From positions 76,866 through 140,865 of the IMG/VR virus record IMGVR_UViG_3300009183_000050: a DNA stretch of 64,000 bases, one strand, 5' to 3'. The notes beneath the pieces are model-generated. The model made no database searches. It was given only the letters and a program-made list of their open reading frames with translations, and had not been told where the DNA came from. Shown here piece after piece: positions 9,540-19,485 of this stretch. Origin of the DNA: a virus. How positions within the stretch are numbered: position 1 is the stretch's first letter; the number at the start of each line of letters is the position of its first letter. A program made the position numbers and the translations under genes.

Positions 9540-10616
9540 TTGAAAGTAGCTATTATCACAGATACACACTGGGGAATCAGAAATGATTCTCCAGTTTTTT
9601 ACGATTACTTTAAGAAATCCTTAGAGCAATTCTGGCAAGTCATTCAAGATGAGGATGTTAAATATATTCTACATCTAGGTGATCTATTTGATCGTCGTAA
9701 GTATTTGAACTTCATGACGGCCAAACGTTGCCGTGAGGACTTCTTGGAGCCTATCGAGAGACTGAAGATACCCACAATGATCGCCTGTGGTAACCATGAT
9801 GTGTTCTACAAGAACACCAATGATGTAAACGCACTGGACGAAATCTTAGGTGATAGATATGAATATATTAGACACTTTAAAAAACCTGAACTTGTCAACA
9901 TCGATGGCTTGGATGTCCAACTTATACCGTGGATTACCGAGTCGAACTACGATGAATCAATGGAAGCAATCAAGCACTCAAAAGCTGAAATCCTTATGGG
10001 ACACCTCGAACTTAACGGCTTCGAAATGTTTAGAGGTAGTATCTCGGACCACGGCTTATCTGCTAATCTCTTTGATCGCTATGATATGGTTATGTCTGGT
10101 CATTATCATCATAAGTCCACTACTAGGAATATTCATTACCTTGGTGCTTTTGCTGAGTATACATGGAGTGATTATAACGATCCTAGAGGGTTTCATATCT
10201 TCGACACCCAAACAAGACAAATGACCTTCCATAAGAACCCGCATAACATCTTTAAGATGATGGCCTATGATGATGTGAAGAACCCTAACATTCTACAGGA
10301 CATTCAGGCTAAAGACTATAGTGCCTTTGCTGGTTGTTATGTGAAGATTGTCTGTGTGAACAAGACTAATCCATACTCGTTTGATATGTTACTAGATAAG
10401 CTATATCAGGTCTCGCCTCTAGATATCTCTATCATCGAAGATGTTTCAGCATTCAAGGACAATGAAGAGGACTCTGAGATTGATCAGGCTGAAGATACGG
10501 TAACCATTCTATCAAAGTATATTGATGGCTTGACATTACCTGTAGAAACTGATAAGATGAAGTCTTATATGAAAGATATCTATACGGAAGCTTTACAAGT
10601 GGAGTTTGCTGAATGA
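9540..10616 (+). CDS. gp47: Recombination endonuclease subunit (Mre11/SbcD-like)
   Basis: [25 protein letters not shown]; TTG start inferred. Confidence 0.95.
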   Translation: MKVAIITDTHWGIRNDSPVFYDYFKKSLEQFWQVIQDEDVKYILHLGDLFDRRKYLNFMTAKRCREDFLEPIERLKIPTMIACGNHDVFYKNTNDVNALDEILGDRYEYIRHFKKPELVNIDGLDVQLIPWITESNYDESMEAIKHSKAEILMGHLELNGFEMFRGSISDHGLSANLFDRYDMVMSGHYHHKSTTRNIHYLGAFAEYTWSDYNDPRGFHIFDTQTRQMTFHKNPHNIFKMMAYDDVKNPNILQDIQAKDYSAFAGCYVKIVCVNKTNPYSFDMLLDKLYQVSPLDISIIEDVSAFKDNEEDSEIDQAEDTVTILSKYIDGLTLPVETDKMKSYMKDIYTEALQVEFAE

Positions 10617-10876
10617 CGAAGGTGATTGTAAGACCTGAAACGACTACTCATGTCCTAGATTTCATGTTTCATATGATCAAAGATAAAGAAGAGGCAAAGA
10701 ATGTTGCTGATCTTATCGGTGACAAACAGATTTTTCATGTAGCAAGAGGTATCGATCCTGACACCTTTCAACCCATCCTTTACTTCGCTATTCCTGAAGA
10801 TAACACTCCGTTCAATGCTTGGTTGAAATATGGCTCTACGATGGAACTATTGGTAAAATCTGATGATACTGTTTGA
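10613..10876 (+). CDS. Hypothetical protein
   Basis: Overlap-coupled ORF between gp47 and gp46. Confidence 0.65.
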   Translation: MTKVIVRPETTTHVLDFMFHMIKDKEEAKNVADLIGDKQIFHVARGIDPDTFQPILYFAIPEDNTPFNAWLKYGSTMELLVKSDDTV

Positions 10877-12578
10877 AAAGATTCGATGGAAGAACCTGCT
10901 ATCAACAGGTAACATCTTTACAGAGATCAAGCTCAATGAAACGTCTAACTCCCTAGTCATTGGCGACAACGGAGCAGGAAAGTCTACAATACTAGACGCA
11001 CTGTGCTTTGCTCTTTTTGGTAAAGCCTTTCGTAAGATTAACAAGCCGGCTCTGGTCAACTCAGTCAACACTAAGGAGTGTGTGGTTGAGATTGAGTTTA
11101 AGACTAATGGTAAAGCCTATAAGATTATTCGCGGTATCAAACCGAATGTCTTTGAAATCTACTGCGAAGGTATTGTCATCAATCAAGACTCGGCTTCTAG
11201 AGACTATCAAGAACATCTAGAAAAATTCATACTCAAGATGAACTATAAGTCTTTCACTCAGATTGTTATTCTGGGTTCGGCTTCGTTTACTCCTTTCATG
11301 CAGTTGTCGGCTAATGATCGTAGAACTGTCATTGAAGATTTGCTTGACATTCAAATCTTCTCTATCATGAGCAACATCACTAAACAGAGATCAAGCACCA
11401 ATAAAGACTTGATTGAACGTAATAGACTGAATCTTTCTGCTAAAGAAGATATGAAGTCTTACATTGAAAAGAGCATCGTCAGTCTGAAGAAGAATAATGA
11501 GGACAAGAAGAATGTCTTGCTTTCACAAAAAGAAGATCATGAACAATCGATCATCACCCACAAAGAAGAAGTTCGTTCCCTTGACGAGAGGCTCACTGGC
11601 CTTCTTGAACAGGCCGGTGAAAAAGCGAAAAGTAAAGACAAGCACAAGAAACTGATTGCGCTACAATCAAAGATTGAATCTAATTCGAATAGAATTGAAT
11701 CTGAAATCTCCTTCTATTGTGATAATGACACTTGCCCAACTTGTCATCAATCTATTGACAGTGGCTTCAAAGCTGAGGCGGTTGATAGTAATACCAAAAA
11801 ACTCGAAGAACTCTCTCAAGGTCTCAGAGATATTGGAGATCAAATCTCTATTTGTGTTACTACCGTCAACGAATCTGATAAGCTTGTCGTAGAGGCCAGC
11901 AATGTAAAGAATCGCATAACATCGGTCAACGCCAACATTGCCAACTTGATTTCGCATATCAATGATATTGAGGATCAGGTTGAACAGATTGATGGTTCAG
12001 ATACGATGTTGATCGATAATGAGACTTCTCTCAAGACCATCTTTGAAGAGTTGGCTATACTCAACAAAGAAAAGTATGACTTGCTGACAGAGAAAAAGTA
12101 TATTGAGACTGCTATCAGTCTACTTAAAGATGGTGGTATCAAGACTAAGATCATCAAACAATATCTTCCTATCATCAACAAACTGATCAACAAGTATCTT
12201 GCTCAGATGGGATTCTTCGTAAACTTCAACATCAACGAACAGTTCGAAGAGACTATCAAGAGCCGTTACCGTGATGACTTCTCATACCACAACTTCTCTG
12301 AAGGTGAGAAGATGCGTATCGACCTTGCTCTCCTTTTCACATGGAGAACGATAGCTAGAATGCGTAACTCGGTCAACACGAACCTCCTTATCCTCGATGA
12401 GGTTCTGGACGGTTCACTAGATACAAGTGGTACAGATGAGTTCCTGAAGATCATGTGGGATATGCTCGGTGATACCAATACCTTTGTTATAAGCCATAAG
12501 ACGGATACACTACTCGACAAGTTTCAGAAAGTGTATCGATTTGAGAAGCATAAGAATTTCTCTCGCCTTTCCGTCTAA
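10863..12578 (+). CDS. gp46: Recombination ATPase subunit (Rad50/SbcC-like)
   Basis: GDNGAGKST, CPTC hook, FSEGEK signature, LILDEV. Confidence 0.97.
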   Translation: MILFEKIRWKNLLSTGNIFTEIKLNETSNSLVIGDNGAGKSTILDALCFALFGKAFRKINKPALVNSVNTKECVVEIEFKTNGKAYKIIRGIKPNVFEIYCEGIVINQDSASRDYQEHLEKFILKMNYKSFTQIVILGSASFTPFMQLSANDRRTVIEDLLDIQIFSIMSNITKQRSSTNKDLIERNRLNLSAKEDMKSYIEKSIVSLKKNNEDKKNVLLSQKEDHEQSIITHKEEVRSLDERLTGLLEQAGEKAKSKDKHKKLIALQSKIESNSNRIESEISFYCDNDTCPTCHQSIDSGFKAEAVDSNTKKLEELSQGLRDIGDQISICVTTVNESDKLVVEASNVKNRITSVNANIANLISHINDIEDQVEQIDGSDTMLIDNETSLKTIFEELAILNKEKYDLLTEKKYIETAISLLKDGGIKTKIIKQYLPIINKLINKYLAQMGFFVNFNINEQFEETIKSRYRDDFSYHNFSEGEKMRIDLALLFTWRTIARMRNSVNTNLLILDEVLDGSLDTSGTDEFLKIMWDMLGDTNTFVISHKTDTLLDKFQKVYRFEKHKNFSRLSV

Positions 12579-12617
12579 TCTGGTATATAATAGTATATTA
12601 TTTGAAAGTGAGTAGGT

Positions 12618-13919
12618 ATGTCTGAAGAAATTGAAGAAGTTGAAATTGAAGAAGTAGCCGTCAAAGATCCGTTTCTCGAAAAGCAATGGGAAGATTGGCT
12701 TGCGGCCAATGATGTTACACAACTTCAAGCACCAACAGATGAAGAACTTCGTGATGCTGTCATCCGTGATTTGCAACATGCATCTCAGATGACTGTCGGT
12801 GAATATACTTTGTTTCAAAAGTGGTGTGAGATTCAAGAACGATATCCTACACAAGAGATATCAACACTCTTTGGTGAAGAAGTCCAGATGGACAAAGACC
12901 AAGAGATGTTCATCAAGGGTATTAAAGACAATATCTGGATTCCTAAATCACCAGAAGATTATCTCGAACTTCAGCCTGAACTAATTTACACCAAAGATTC
13001 AGAAATGTCTGAAACATGGAACGGCATCCGCACCTTTACCTCTACCATGAAGAACAATTCTAACATTGGTCGAAACCTTAACTATATCGTGATCGACCGC
13101 AAGTCTGGTAAATATCTTGGTGTCATGTGCATCTCATCTGACTTCCTTGATTTGACTCCTCGTGATCAATATATTGGTTGGGAACGTGAGAAGAAAACTC
13201 AGGGTCATATGATCAACTACACCGCTATTGGTTCGACCATCGTGCCGTTGCAACCTCTTGGTTATAACTATGTTGGTGGTAAACTCTTGGCCTTGCTGTG
13301 TCTGTCTGATGAGGTTCAATATCAGTGGAAGAAACAATATGGTGATGTTCTGGCTGGTGTGACAACCACTTCACTATATGGTATGAAGAAGCAAGGCGGT
13401 CTCAGCCAGTATGATAACCTGAAGCACTGGAAGAAGATGGGCTATTCGTCTGGTTCAGTCTCATATGAAACAACCAAGCCTACAGTAACAATGATTCGTG
13501 ATTGGCTGAAGAAGAACCATACTCGTAAGTATTTCGAATGGTATTCGGCTAAGAAGCAAAGTGGTCAGCCATATAAACGTGACCATAAGAATCGTTCATA
13601 TACTTTCACATACAGTAAGTTGAGCATACCTAAAGAGTTGATTCGATCTGAACATCAACGCGGAATCTATTTCTCACCATTGTATAACAATACGAATGAT
13701 TTCCTCTGTGGTAAGATCGGCGAAAAAGATTTGGTTAAGTCTTTCGATACTTCATATGAATACCTGACTACACTCTGGAAAGAGAAGTATGCCGCTAAAC
13801 GTATTCGTAATCTACAAGAGACTGATCGAGTTTCTACTGAAACGTTGTTCTATGATGATCAGATATACTTGAAGTGGGAAGAAGTTAAGGAAAAGTATCT
13901 AGGTCAGGTTGGTCGATGA
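12618..13919 (+). CDS. DUF4338 / Druantia DruA-like protein
   Basis: GR.L.Y.V.D..SGKYLG, IVPLQPLGYNYVGGKLLALL..S.EV, TTTSLYG...SQY motifs. Confidence 0.65.
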   Translation: MSEEIEEVEIEEVAVKDPFLEKQWEDWLAANDVTQLQAPTDEELRDAVIRDLQHASQMTVGEYTLFQKWCEIQERYPTQEISTLFGEEVQMDKDQEMFIKGIKDNIWIPKSPEDYLELQPELIYTKDSEMSETWNGIRTFTSTMKNNSNIGRNLNYIVIDRKSGKYLGVMCISSDFLDLTPRDQYIGWEREKKTQGHMINYTAIGSTIVPLQPLGYNYVGGKLLALLCLSDEVQYQWKKQYGDVLAGVTTTSLYGMKKQGGLSQYDNLKHWKKMGYSSGSVSYETTKPTVTMIRDWLKKNHTRKYFEWYSAKKQSGQPYKRDHKNRSYTFTYSKLSIPKELIRSEHQRGIYFSPLYNNTNDFLCGKIGEKDLVKSFDTSYEYLTTLWKEKYAAKRIRNLQETDRVSTETLFYDDQIYLKWEEVKEKYLGQVGR

Positions 13920-13951
13920 TTTGCTATTCCGTAAAAGTTGATGTATAATCC

Positions 13952-13977
13952 AAGGGTTGGTGAAAACCAGCCTTTTT
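13952..13977 (+). terminator. Rho-independent terminator
   Basis: AGGGTTGGT-GAAA-ACCAGCCTT followed by a T-run. Confidence 0.8.
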
Positions 13978-13984
13978 CATTTGG

Positions 13985-14050
13985 TATGCGTTGGATGCAG
14001 GTCTAGTATTCTCTTTTTGTAGTTGACTTTACCTCCATCTCCGTTATACT
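13985..14050 (+). promoter_or_regulatory. Promoter TTGACT-N16-TATACT with upstream TATGCG-N5-TGCAGG box
   Basis: Box starts 38 bp upstream of the -35; same layout at 47396 and 53324. Confidence 0.65.
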
Positions 14051-14074
14051 GAAGGCATAATCAATGAGGGTCTT

Positions 14075-16288
14075 ATGTCGGAACAGAACATCCAGTCCAA
14101 ATCGCAATTAGCCAAGCTGCTGGCGACCGAGAACATCTCGTTCCAGCATGATCCTTCGGCTCGAACTGCCTACTTTGACGTTAAAAACCGTATCTTGGTT
14201 CTTCCAGTTTGGCAGAACATTTCAAACGACCTTTATGATATGTTGGTCGTTCATGAGGTGGGCCATGCTCTTGATACACCGGCTGATGGCTGGATGAATG
14301 CCATTGATAGCATTGCTCAGAATGTCCACGGTTCGAAAAACCAAAAGTATCAAAGTGCTATCAAAGGCTTCCTCAATGTTGTTGAAGATGCCCGTATCGA
14401 TAAGCGCCAGAAGCGCCGGTATCCAGGTGCCAAGCGTAACTACATTGTTGGCTACAAAGAACTGATCGAACGTGACTTCTTTGGCACTTCCAAAAAGAAT
14501 GCCAATGATATGTCTTTCATCGACCGCTTGAATATGTATTTCAAGGGCGGTTCAATGGGCACCTTGGGTCGTATCATCTTCAGTAAAGAAGAAGCACCTT
14601 TCGTCAAGCGGGTTGAAAACGCCGAGACCTTCGAAGATGTTGTCGCCTTGACCGAAGAGATTTATCGTTTCTCGAAGGACAAAGGCGAAGAACAGCAACA
14701 GCAGATGGAAGATTTCCGTATGGCTGAAGGCGAAGAAGATGGTGATGACCTCGAAGAAGGTGATGACTTCGATTTTGATGATGATGTAGAAGAAACCGAA
14801 ACCGATGGTTCTGGTTCTGATGAAGGTGACTCCGAAGATGAGTCTGAGGAAGAAGATGGTTCACCTTCTGATAAGAAGGATGAACCTAAAGATTCCGAAG
14901 AAGAAGAAGAAAAAGGTCAAACCTCTAATGAAGGTGCTGGCCCTACCGATGGAGACTTTGTTCCTCAATCTGAGACTGAAAAGGCTTGGGAAGAAAACAT
15001 CTCAAACATTGTCGCCGATGATAACATCAACTATATCTACATGAACCTTCCTAAACCTAATCTCGATAATATTGTTGATGATTATAAGATTGTTCTCAAG
15101 GCAATGGAAGCCGAACTCCTCTCTCGCGGTCCTGAAGCCTTCAAGACTGTTACTGAAGAATTTGGTAAGTTTAAGGCTGAAGAAAACTCCACCATTTCTT
15201 ACATGGTGAAAGAATTTGAAAGCCGAAAATCTGCTGAGGCCTATTCGAAGATTTCGGTTGCTAAGACCGGTGTCATTGATACCAACAAGCTTCACTCTTA
15301 TCGGTACAATGATGATATCTTCCGCCGCTTGGCTACTCTGCCTAACGGTAAAAACCACGGCTTCATCATGTTCCTCGATTGGTCTGGTTCTATGATCGAC
15401 AACATGTCCAAGACCGTCAAGCAACTGATCAGCCTGACCATGTTCTGTAAGCGGGTTCAGATTCCGTTCGAAGTCTACTTCTTCCGTGACCCTTGCTATA
15501 CTGACGGTGATCACATTAAAACTTCTTTCAATCCCGATCCAAAGGCGTTTAAGTTAAACAACTTCCGCTTGCGGAACATCCTTTCGTCTCGGATGAACCT
15601 GACGGAATTGAACAAGGCTTATAGTCTCTTGTGGTATGCGGGCCGCCGATATAGTGTTTATCGTTGTGATGCTATGAACGGCACGCCTCTCAACCAAGCT
15701 ATCATTGCCGCTGAAGGTCTGGTTAATGATTTTCGCAAGCGGAACAAGCTGGAGATCGTCAACACGGTCTTTTTGACTGACGGTGATTCCAACTGCATTG
15801 GTTACCCTGATGTAAGTAATGCACCTTATAAACCAAAAGGTAACCGTTACATTCTAAAAGATGATGTAATGAAAAAAGAATATAACCTCGGTAAGAGTTT
15901 GTATTCTGATGATGTAACCAACTCTTTACTTCGCATCTTGAAAGACCGCACAGGTTCAAACCTGATTGGTTTCTTCCTTGCTAGTGATAGTCTGCGTCAC
16001 CTCGTGTATAAAATCTTCGGTTATGGCGCTGATATTACCAAATACACCGAAAGCTGGAAGAAAAACAAGTTCTTGCTTGTCCAATCTAAAGGTTATGATG
16101 ACTACTACATCATCAATGCTAAAGAAATGGATATCTCGAAGCTTGACTACTCTATCGATACCGACAACATGAGCCGCGCCAAGATGGCTAAGGAGTTCAT
16201 GAAGTTTTCTGAAAAGAAGTCCGTGAACCGTGTCCTCTTGAGCCGTTTCATTGAAAAGATTTCTTCCCAAAGCAAGAAAGTGGCTTGA
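14075..16288 (+). CDS. CobT-like protein: N-terminal HEXXH domain, acidic linker, C-terminal VWA domain
   Basis: HEVGH...NVVEDARI; MIDAS FLDWSGSM, GTPL, LTDG. Confidence 0.85.
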   Translation: MSEQNIQSKSQLAKLLATENISFQHDPSARTAYFDVKNRILVLPVWQNISNDLYDMLVVHEVGHALDTPADGWMNAIDSIAQNVHGSKNQKYQSAIKGFLNVVEDARIDKRQKRRYPGAKRNYIVGYKELIERDFFGTSKKNANDMSFIDRLNMYFKGGSMGTLGRIIFSKEEAPFVKRVENAETFEDVVALTEEIYRFSKDKGEEQQQQMEDFRMAEGEEDGDDLEEGDDFDFDDDVEETETDGSGSDEGDSEDESEEEDGSPSDKKDEPKDSEEEEEKGQTSNEGAGPTDGDFVPQSETEKAWEENISNIVADDNINYIYMNLPKPNLDNIVDDYKIVLKAMEAELLSRGPEAFKTVTEEFGKFKAEENSTISYMVKEFESRKSAEAYSKISVAKTGVIDTNKLHSYRYNDDIFRRLATLPNGKNHGFIMFLDWSGSMIDNMSKTVKQLISLTMFCKRVQIPFEVYFFRDPCYTDGDHIKTSFNPDPKAFKLNNFRLRNILSSRMNLTELNKAYSLLWYAGRRYSVYRCDAMNGTPLNQAIIAAEGLVNDFRKRNKLEIVNTVFLTDGDSNCIGYPDVSNAPYKPKGNRYILKDDVMKKEYNLGKSLYSDDVTNSLLRILKDRTGSNLIGFFLASDSLRHLVYKIFGYGADITKYTESWKKNKFLLVQSKGYDDYYIINAKEMDISKLDYSIDTDNMSRAKMAKEFMKFSEKKSVNRVLLSRFIEKISSQSKKVA

Positions 16289-16313
16289 CAAAGCCACCTT
16301 TACCGTCTATAAT
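16285..16313 (+). promoter_or_regulatory. Sigma70-type promoter TTGACA-N17-TATAAT
   Basis: Perfect consensus. Confidence 0.8.
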
Positions 16314-16347
16314 ACATATATGATTGATTGAAACAGGGAAACTGACC

Positions 16348-17568
16348 ATGCCTAAGTTAGCTAATCGTGACGCCTTCCTCGCCGCCGTCAAATCGACCTA
16401 CGGTGATATCGAAACCATTGACCGCTCTAAGGTCATCAATATCTGCTCGACCTACAATATGGATCTTCCAAACTGGCTATTGAATGACACCAGTCGCCGT
16501 GTCGCTCGTGGTGTCTATTCTCTGACCGGTGTGGTTGCTTCGACTGCTGAGAAGCCTGTCAAAGTGAAACCGGTGGCTGGTGTTCGAGCCACTGTTCCGA
16601 TGGCTTCACAGCCTGTCGAAATTCTTGTCGCCGCGGAAATGGCCGCTACTATCTTGCAGATGAATCCTCAGGCCGAAACCTTCACTCTGATTCCTTCGAA
16701 GGCCACTGGCTATGTGCCATTCGGCAACTTCAATGATGTTCGCCAGATTTTGAAGTCTGGTAAATTCTATCCCATGTATATCACTGGTCTGTCTGGTAAC
16801 GGTAAGACCATGATGGTCGAGCAAGTGTGCGCTCAGGAAAAACGTGAACTGGTTCGCACTAACATCACCATCGAAACCGATGAAGATGACTTGCTCGGTG
16901 GTTTCCGCTTGCAAGATGGTAAGACGGTCTGGCAGAATGGTCCAGTCGTGGTCGCCATGGAACGTGGCGCCGTCCTGTTGCTTGATGAGGTTGACCTTGG
17001 CTCTAACAAGCTAATGTGCTTGCAACCTGTCCTCGAAGGCAAGCCTATCTACCTGAAGAAGGTCAACAAGGTGATCACGCCAGCCCCTGGTTTCACCATT
17101 GTGGCGACCGCCAACACCAAGGGTAAAGGTTCTGATGACGGTCGCTTTATCGGCACCAACGTGATGAACGAAGCCTTCCTTGAGCGTTTCTCGATCACGA
17201 TGGAACAGGAATATCCCTCGATCAAGGTTGAGCAGAAGATTGTGGCCAATGCTCTTGGTGCCAACGGCATTGCTGATAATGACTTTGTTGAAAAGCTTGT
17301 CACTTGGGCTGATGTAATCCGTAAGTCTTTCTATGAAGGTGCGGTCTCCGAGATCATCTCGACTCGCCGTCTGGTTCATATCTGTGAAGCCTATGCCATC
17401 TTCAACCAAGACCGTGAGAAAGCAATCCAGCTTTGCTTGAACCGCTTCGATATTGATACCAAGAACTCTTTCCTCGACCTCTACAAGAAGCTGGATGCCA
17501 GCCTGTCTCCTCTTCCCGAAGAAGAAACAAAAACCGAAACACAGGCCGATCCTGAGATCGCCTTCTGA
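16348..17568 (+). CDS. cobS: CobS/MoxR-like AAA+ ATPase
   Basis: GLSGNGKT, LLLDEVD, ATANTKG, NEAFLERF, ISTRRL. Confidence 0.9.
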   Translation: MPKLANRDAFLAAVKSTYGDIETIDRSKVINICSTYNMDLPNWLLNDTSRRVARGVYSLTGVVASTAEKPVKVKPVAGVRATVPMASQPVEILVAAEMAATILQMNPQAETFTLIPSKATGYVPFGNFNDVRQILKSGKFYPMYITGLSGNGKTMMVEQVCAQEKRELVRTNITIETDEDDLLGGFRLQDGKTVWQNGPVVVAMERGAVLLLDEVDLGSNKLMCLQPVLEGKPIYLKKVNKVITPAPGFTIVATANTKGKGSDDGRFIGTNVMNEAFLERFSITMEQEYPSIKVEQKIVANALGANGIADNDFVEKLVTWADVIRKSFYEGAVSEIISTRRLVHICEAYAIFNQDREKAIQLCLNRFDIDTKNSFLDLYKKLDASLSPLPEEETKTETQADPEIAF

Positions 17569-17602
17569 GATTGACGGGGGCTCCTTTCTCCCTCGTCATA
17601 AA

Positions 17603-17657
17603 CTCCACGATGGCGGATTGGTCACCTGCCATCGTGGAGACTTTTATTTGAGTGACC
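17603..17657 (+). promoter_or_regulatory. Candidate H-type RNA pseudoknot in the leader of an HTH gene
   Basis: 14-bp stem 17603-17616/17626-17639; loop GGTCAC is complementary to GTGACC at 17652-17657. Confidence 0.55.
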
Positions 17658-17679
17658 TTTCATTATGGAGAAAAATTAC

Positions 17680-17892
17680 ATGTCACAGTTAGCAAAAATC
17701 GAAAAGTACCTTCGCAGCAATTCTACTGGCGCAGGCGTAACCCCACAAAAGCTGGCTAAGCTGGCTGGTGTTACCAAAGAGGTTGTCTATAAGCGCATCT
17801 CCGACCTTCGCAATCTGCGTGGTGAGACCATCTATAGCAACCATCGGACTGTCAAAGGTCAGAAGCAACTTTTCTACCGCATCGCCGCATAA
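17680..17892 (+). CDS. Small winged-HTH DNA-binding protein
   Basis: VTPQKLAKLAGVTKEVVYKRISDLR helix-turn-helix pattern; GGAG RBS. Confidence 0.75.
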   Translation: MSQLAKIEKYLRSNSTGAGVTPQKLAKLAGVTKEVVYKRISDLRNLRGETIYSNHRTVKGQKQLFYRIAA

Positions 17893-17910
17893 TTTTTCTG
17901 ATTGATCTAA

Positions 17911-17944
17911 AAAGGGATGCTATATATCTGTGTAGCATCCCTTT
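17911..17944 (+). terminator. Hairpin / terminator
   Basis: AAAGGGATGCTA...TAGCATCCCTTT inverted repeat. Confidence 0.7.
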
Positions 17945-17968
17945 CGTCATATTTTAGGAGTGATCATT

Positions 17969-18787
17969 ATGGAATTATCTATCAGCGTTGAAAGTCTACG
18001 CAAACACAAACTGTTTGTAGCCACCCCCATGTATGGCGGTAACTGCAACGGTCTCTACATGAAAGCATGTCTCGACCTCCAAGGTCTATGCTCACAATAC
18101 GGCATCGAGGTCCGTTTCTCTTTCCTCTTCAACGAATCCCTTATTACCCGCGCTCGAAACTATCTGGTAGATGAGTTCCTTCGCTCCGGTTACACTCACC
18201 TTCTCTTCATTGATTCGGACATTCTCTTCAATCCACAGGACGTATTGGCCTTGATGGCTCTGGACAAAGATGTTATCGGCGGTCCATATCCAAAGAAGTC
18301 CATCAACTGGAGGAATGTCTTTAGAGCCGCTAAACGGGTGATCGAAGATACAAACATCGACCAAGAGAAGTTCAATCCAGGTGAACTCGAAGGTGTTACC
18401 GGCGAGTATGTATTCAATGCGGTTCCTGGAACCACACAGTTCAAGGTTTCTGAACCTCTTGAGGTCATGGAAATCGGCACTGGCTTCATGCTTATCAAGC
18501 AGGCGGTGTTCACCAAGTTTGCTGAAGAGTATCCACACTTGAACTACAAGCCAGACCATGCAGGTCAGGCCAACTTCGATGGTTCAAGGTATATCCATGC
18601 ATACTTCGACACCGTGATCGATCCAGACAGCCACCGTTACCTCTCTGAGGACTATATGTTCTGTCAGTATTGGAGAGCGATTGGAGGCTCTATCTGGCTC
18701 TGCCCATGGATGCGAACACAGCATGTAGGCACCTATGCCTTCACGGGTGATATGAATGCAATCGCGGCTCTAACCGGGAATCTCTAA
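17969..18787 (+). CDS. GT-A fold glycosyltransferase-like protein
   Basis: ATPMYGG, NESLITRARN, LLFIDSDI (DxD), GTGFMLI, LSEDY.FC. Confidence 0.75.
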   Translation: MELSISVESLRKHKLFVATPMYGGNCNGLYMKACLDLQGLCSQYGIEVRFSFLFNESLITRARNYLVDEFLRSGYTHLLFIDSDILFNPQDVLALMALDKDVIGGPYPKKSINWRNVFRAAKRVIEDTNIDQEKFNPGELEGVTGEYVFNAVPGTTQFKVSEPLEVMEIGTGFMLIKQAVFTKFAEEYPHLNYKPDHAGQANFDGSRYIHAYFDTVIDPDSHRYLSEDYMFCQYWRAIGGSIWLCPWMRTQHVGTYAFTGDMNAIAALTGNL

Positions 18788-19470
18788 TGATCATAGGCGT
18801 TGTCGGATTCTTAGGATCAGGCAAGGGGACGGCGGGTGATATCCTAATCGAACAACATGGATACACCCGCGTGTCTTTTGCTGATGCACTCAAAGATGCT
18901 GTATCGGTTATCTTTGATTGGCCAAGGGACCTTCTCGAAGGTGATACCGAAACCAGCCGTATCTTCCGTGAGACGAGAGATAAGTGGTGGTCAGAGAGGT
19001 TTGGTTATGACGTAACACCTCGATACATGCTTCAGCTTATGGGAACCGAGGCTGGTCGAGATGTATTCAATGAGAACCTTTGGGTTCACACTGTCGCCAA
19101 GCGCATCCGTTCTATGCAGGATAATGAGTCAAAGGACAAGTTTGTAATTCCTGATGTTCGGTTTCCAAACGAACTGGAATTCATTCGAAGGATGGGTGGG
19201 CATATTATCCGTGTTGTAAGAGGTCCCGACCCTGAGTGGTACAATCTCGCTCATGCGGCTAACAATCCTAGTTTCACACATTCGAATGAAGCCTATGCTG
19301 AGATGGAAAAGTTAGGTGTTCACTACTCTGAGTGGGCATGGATTGGCCAGCAATTTGATTATCAGATCGACAACAATGGCAGCCTTCTAATGTTGGAATC
19401 CGATATAAAACATATGCTGAAGGTCTTTACAGGCCCGAAAAAACCTGATACAATGAATAATGTAGCGTGA
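18787..19470 (+). CDS. gp1: Deoxynucleoside monophosphate kinase
   Basis: GFLGSGKGT, SFADALKD, LQLMGTE, DVRFPNE. Confidence 0.92.
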   Translation: MIIGVVGFLGSGKGTAGDILIEQHGYTRVSFADALKDAVSVIFDWPRDLLEGDTETSRIFRETRDKWWSERFGYDVTPRYMLQLMGTEAGRDVFNENLWVHTVAKRIRSMQDNESKDKFVIPDVRFPNELEFIRRMGGHIIRVVRGPDPEWYNLAHAANNPSFTHSNEAYAEMEKLGVHYSEWAWIGQQFDYQIDNNGSLLMLESDIKHMLKVFTGPKKPDTMNNVA

Positions 19471-19485
19471 AATTAGGAGTATATC

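Noticed and set aside
16348-17568. CobS as evidence of cobalamin biosynthesis
   Set aside because: No CobN or other cob genes are present; the pair is better read as a MoxR/VWA chaperone
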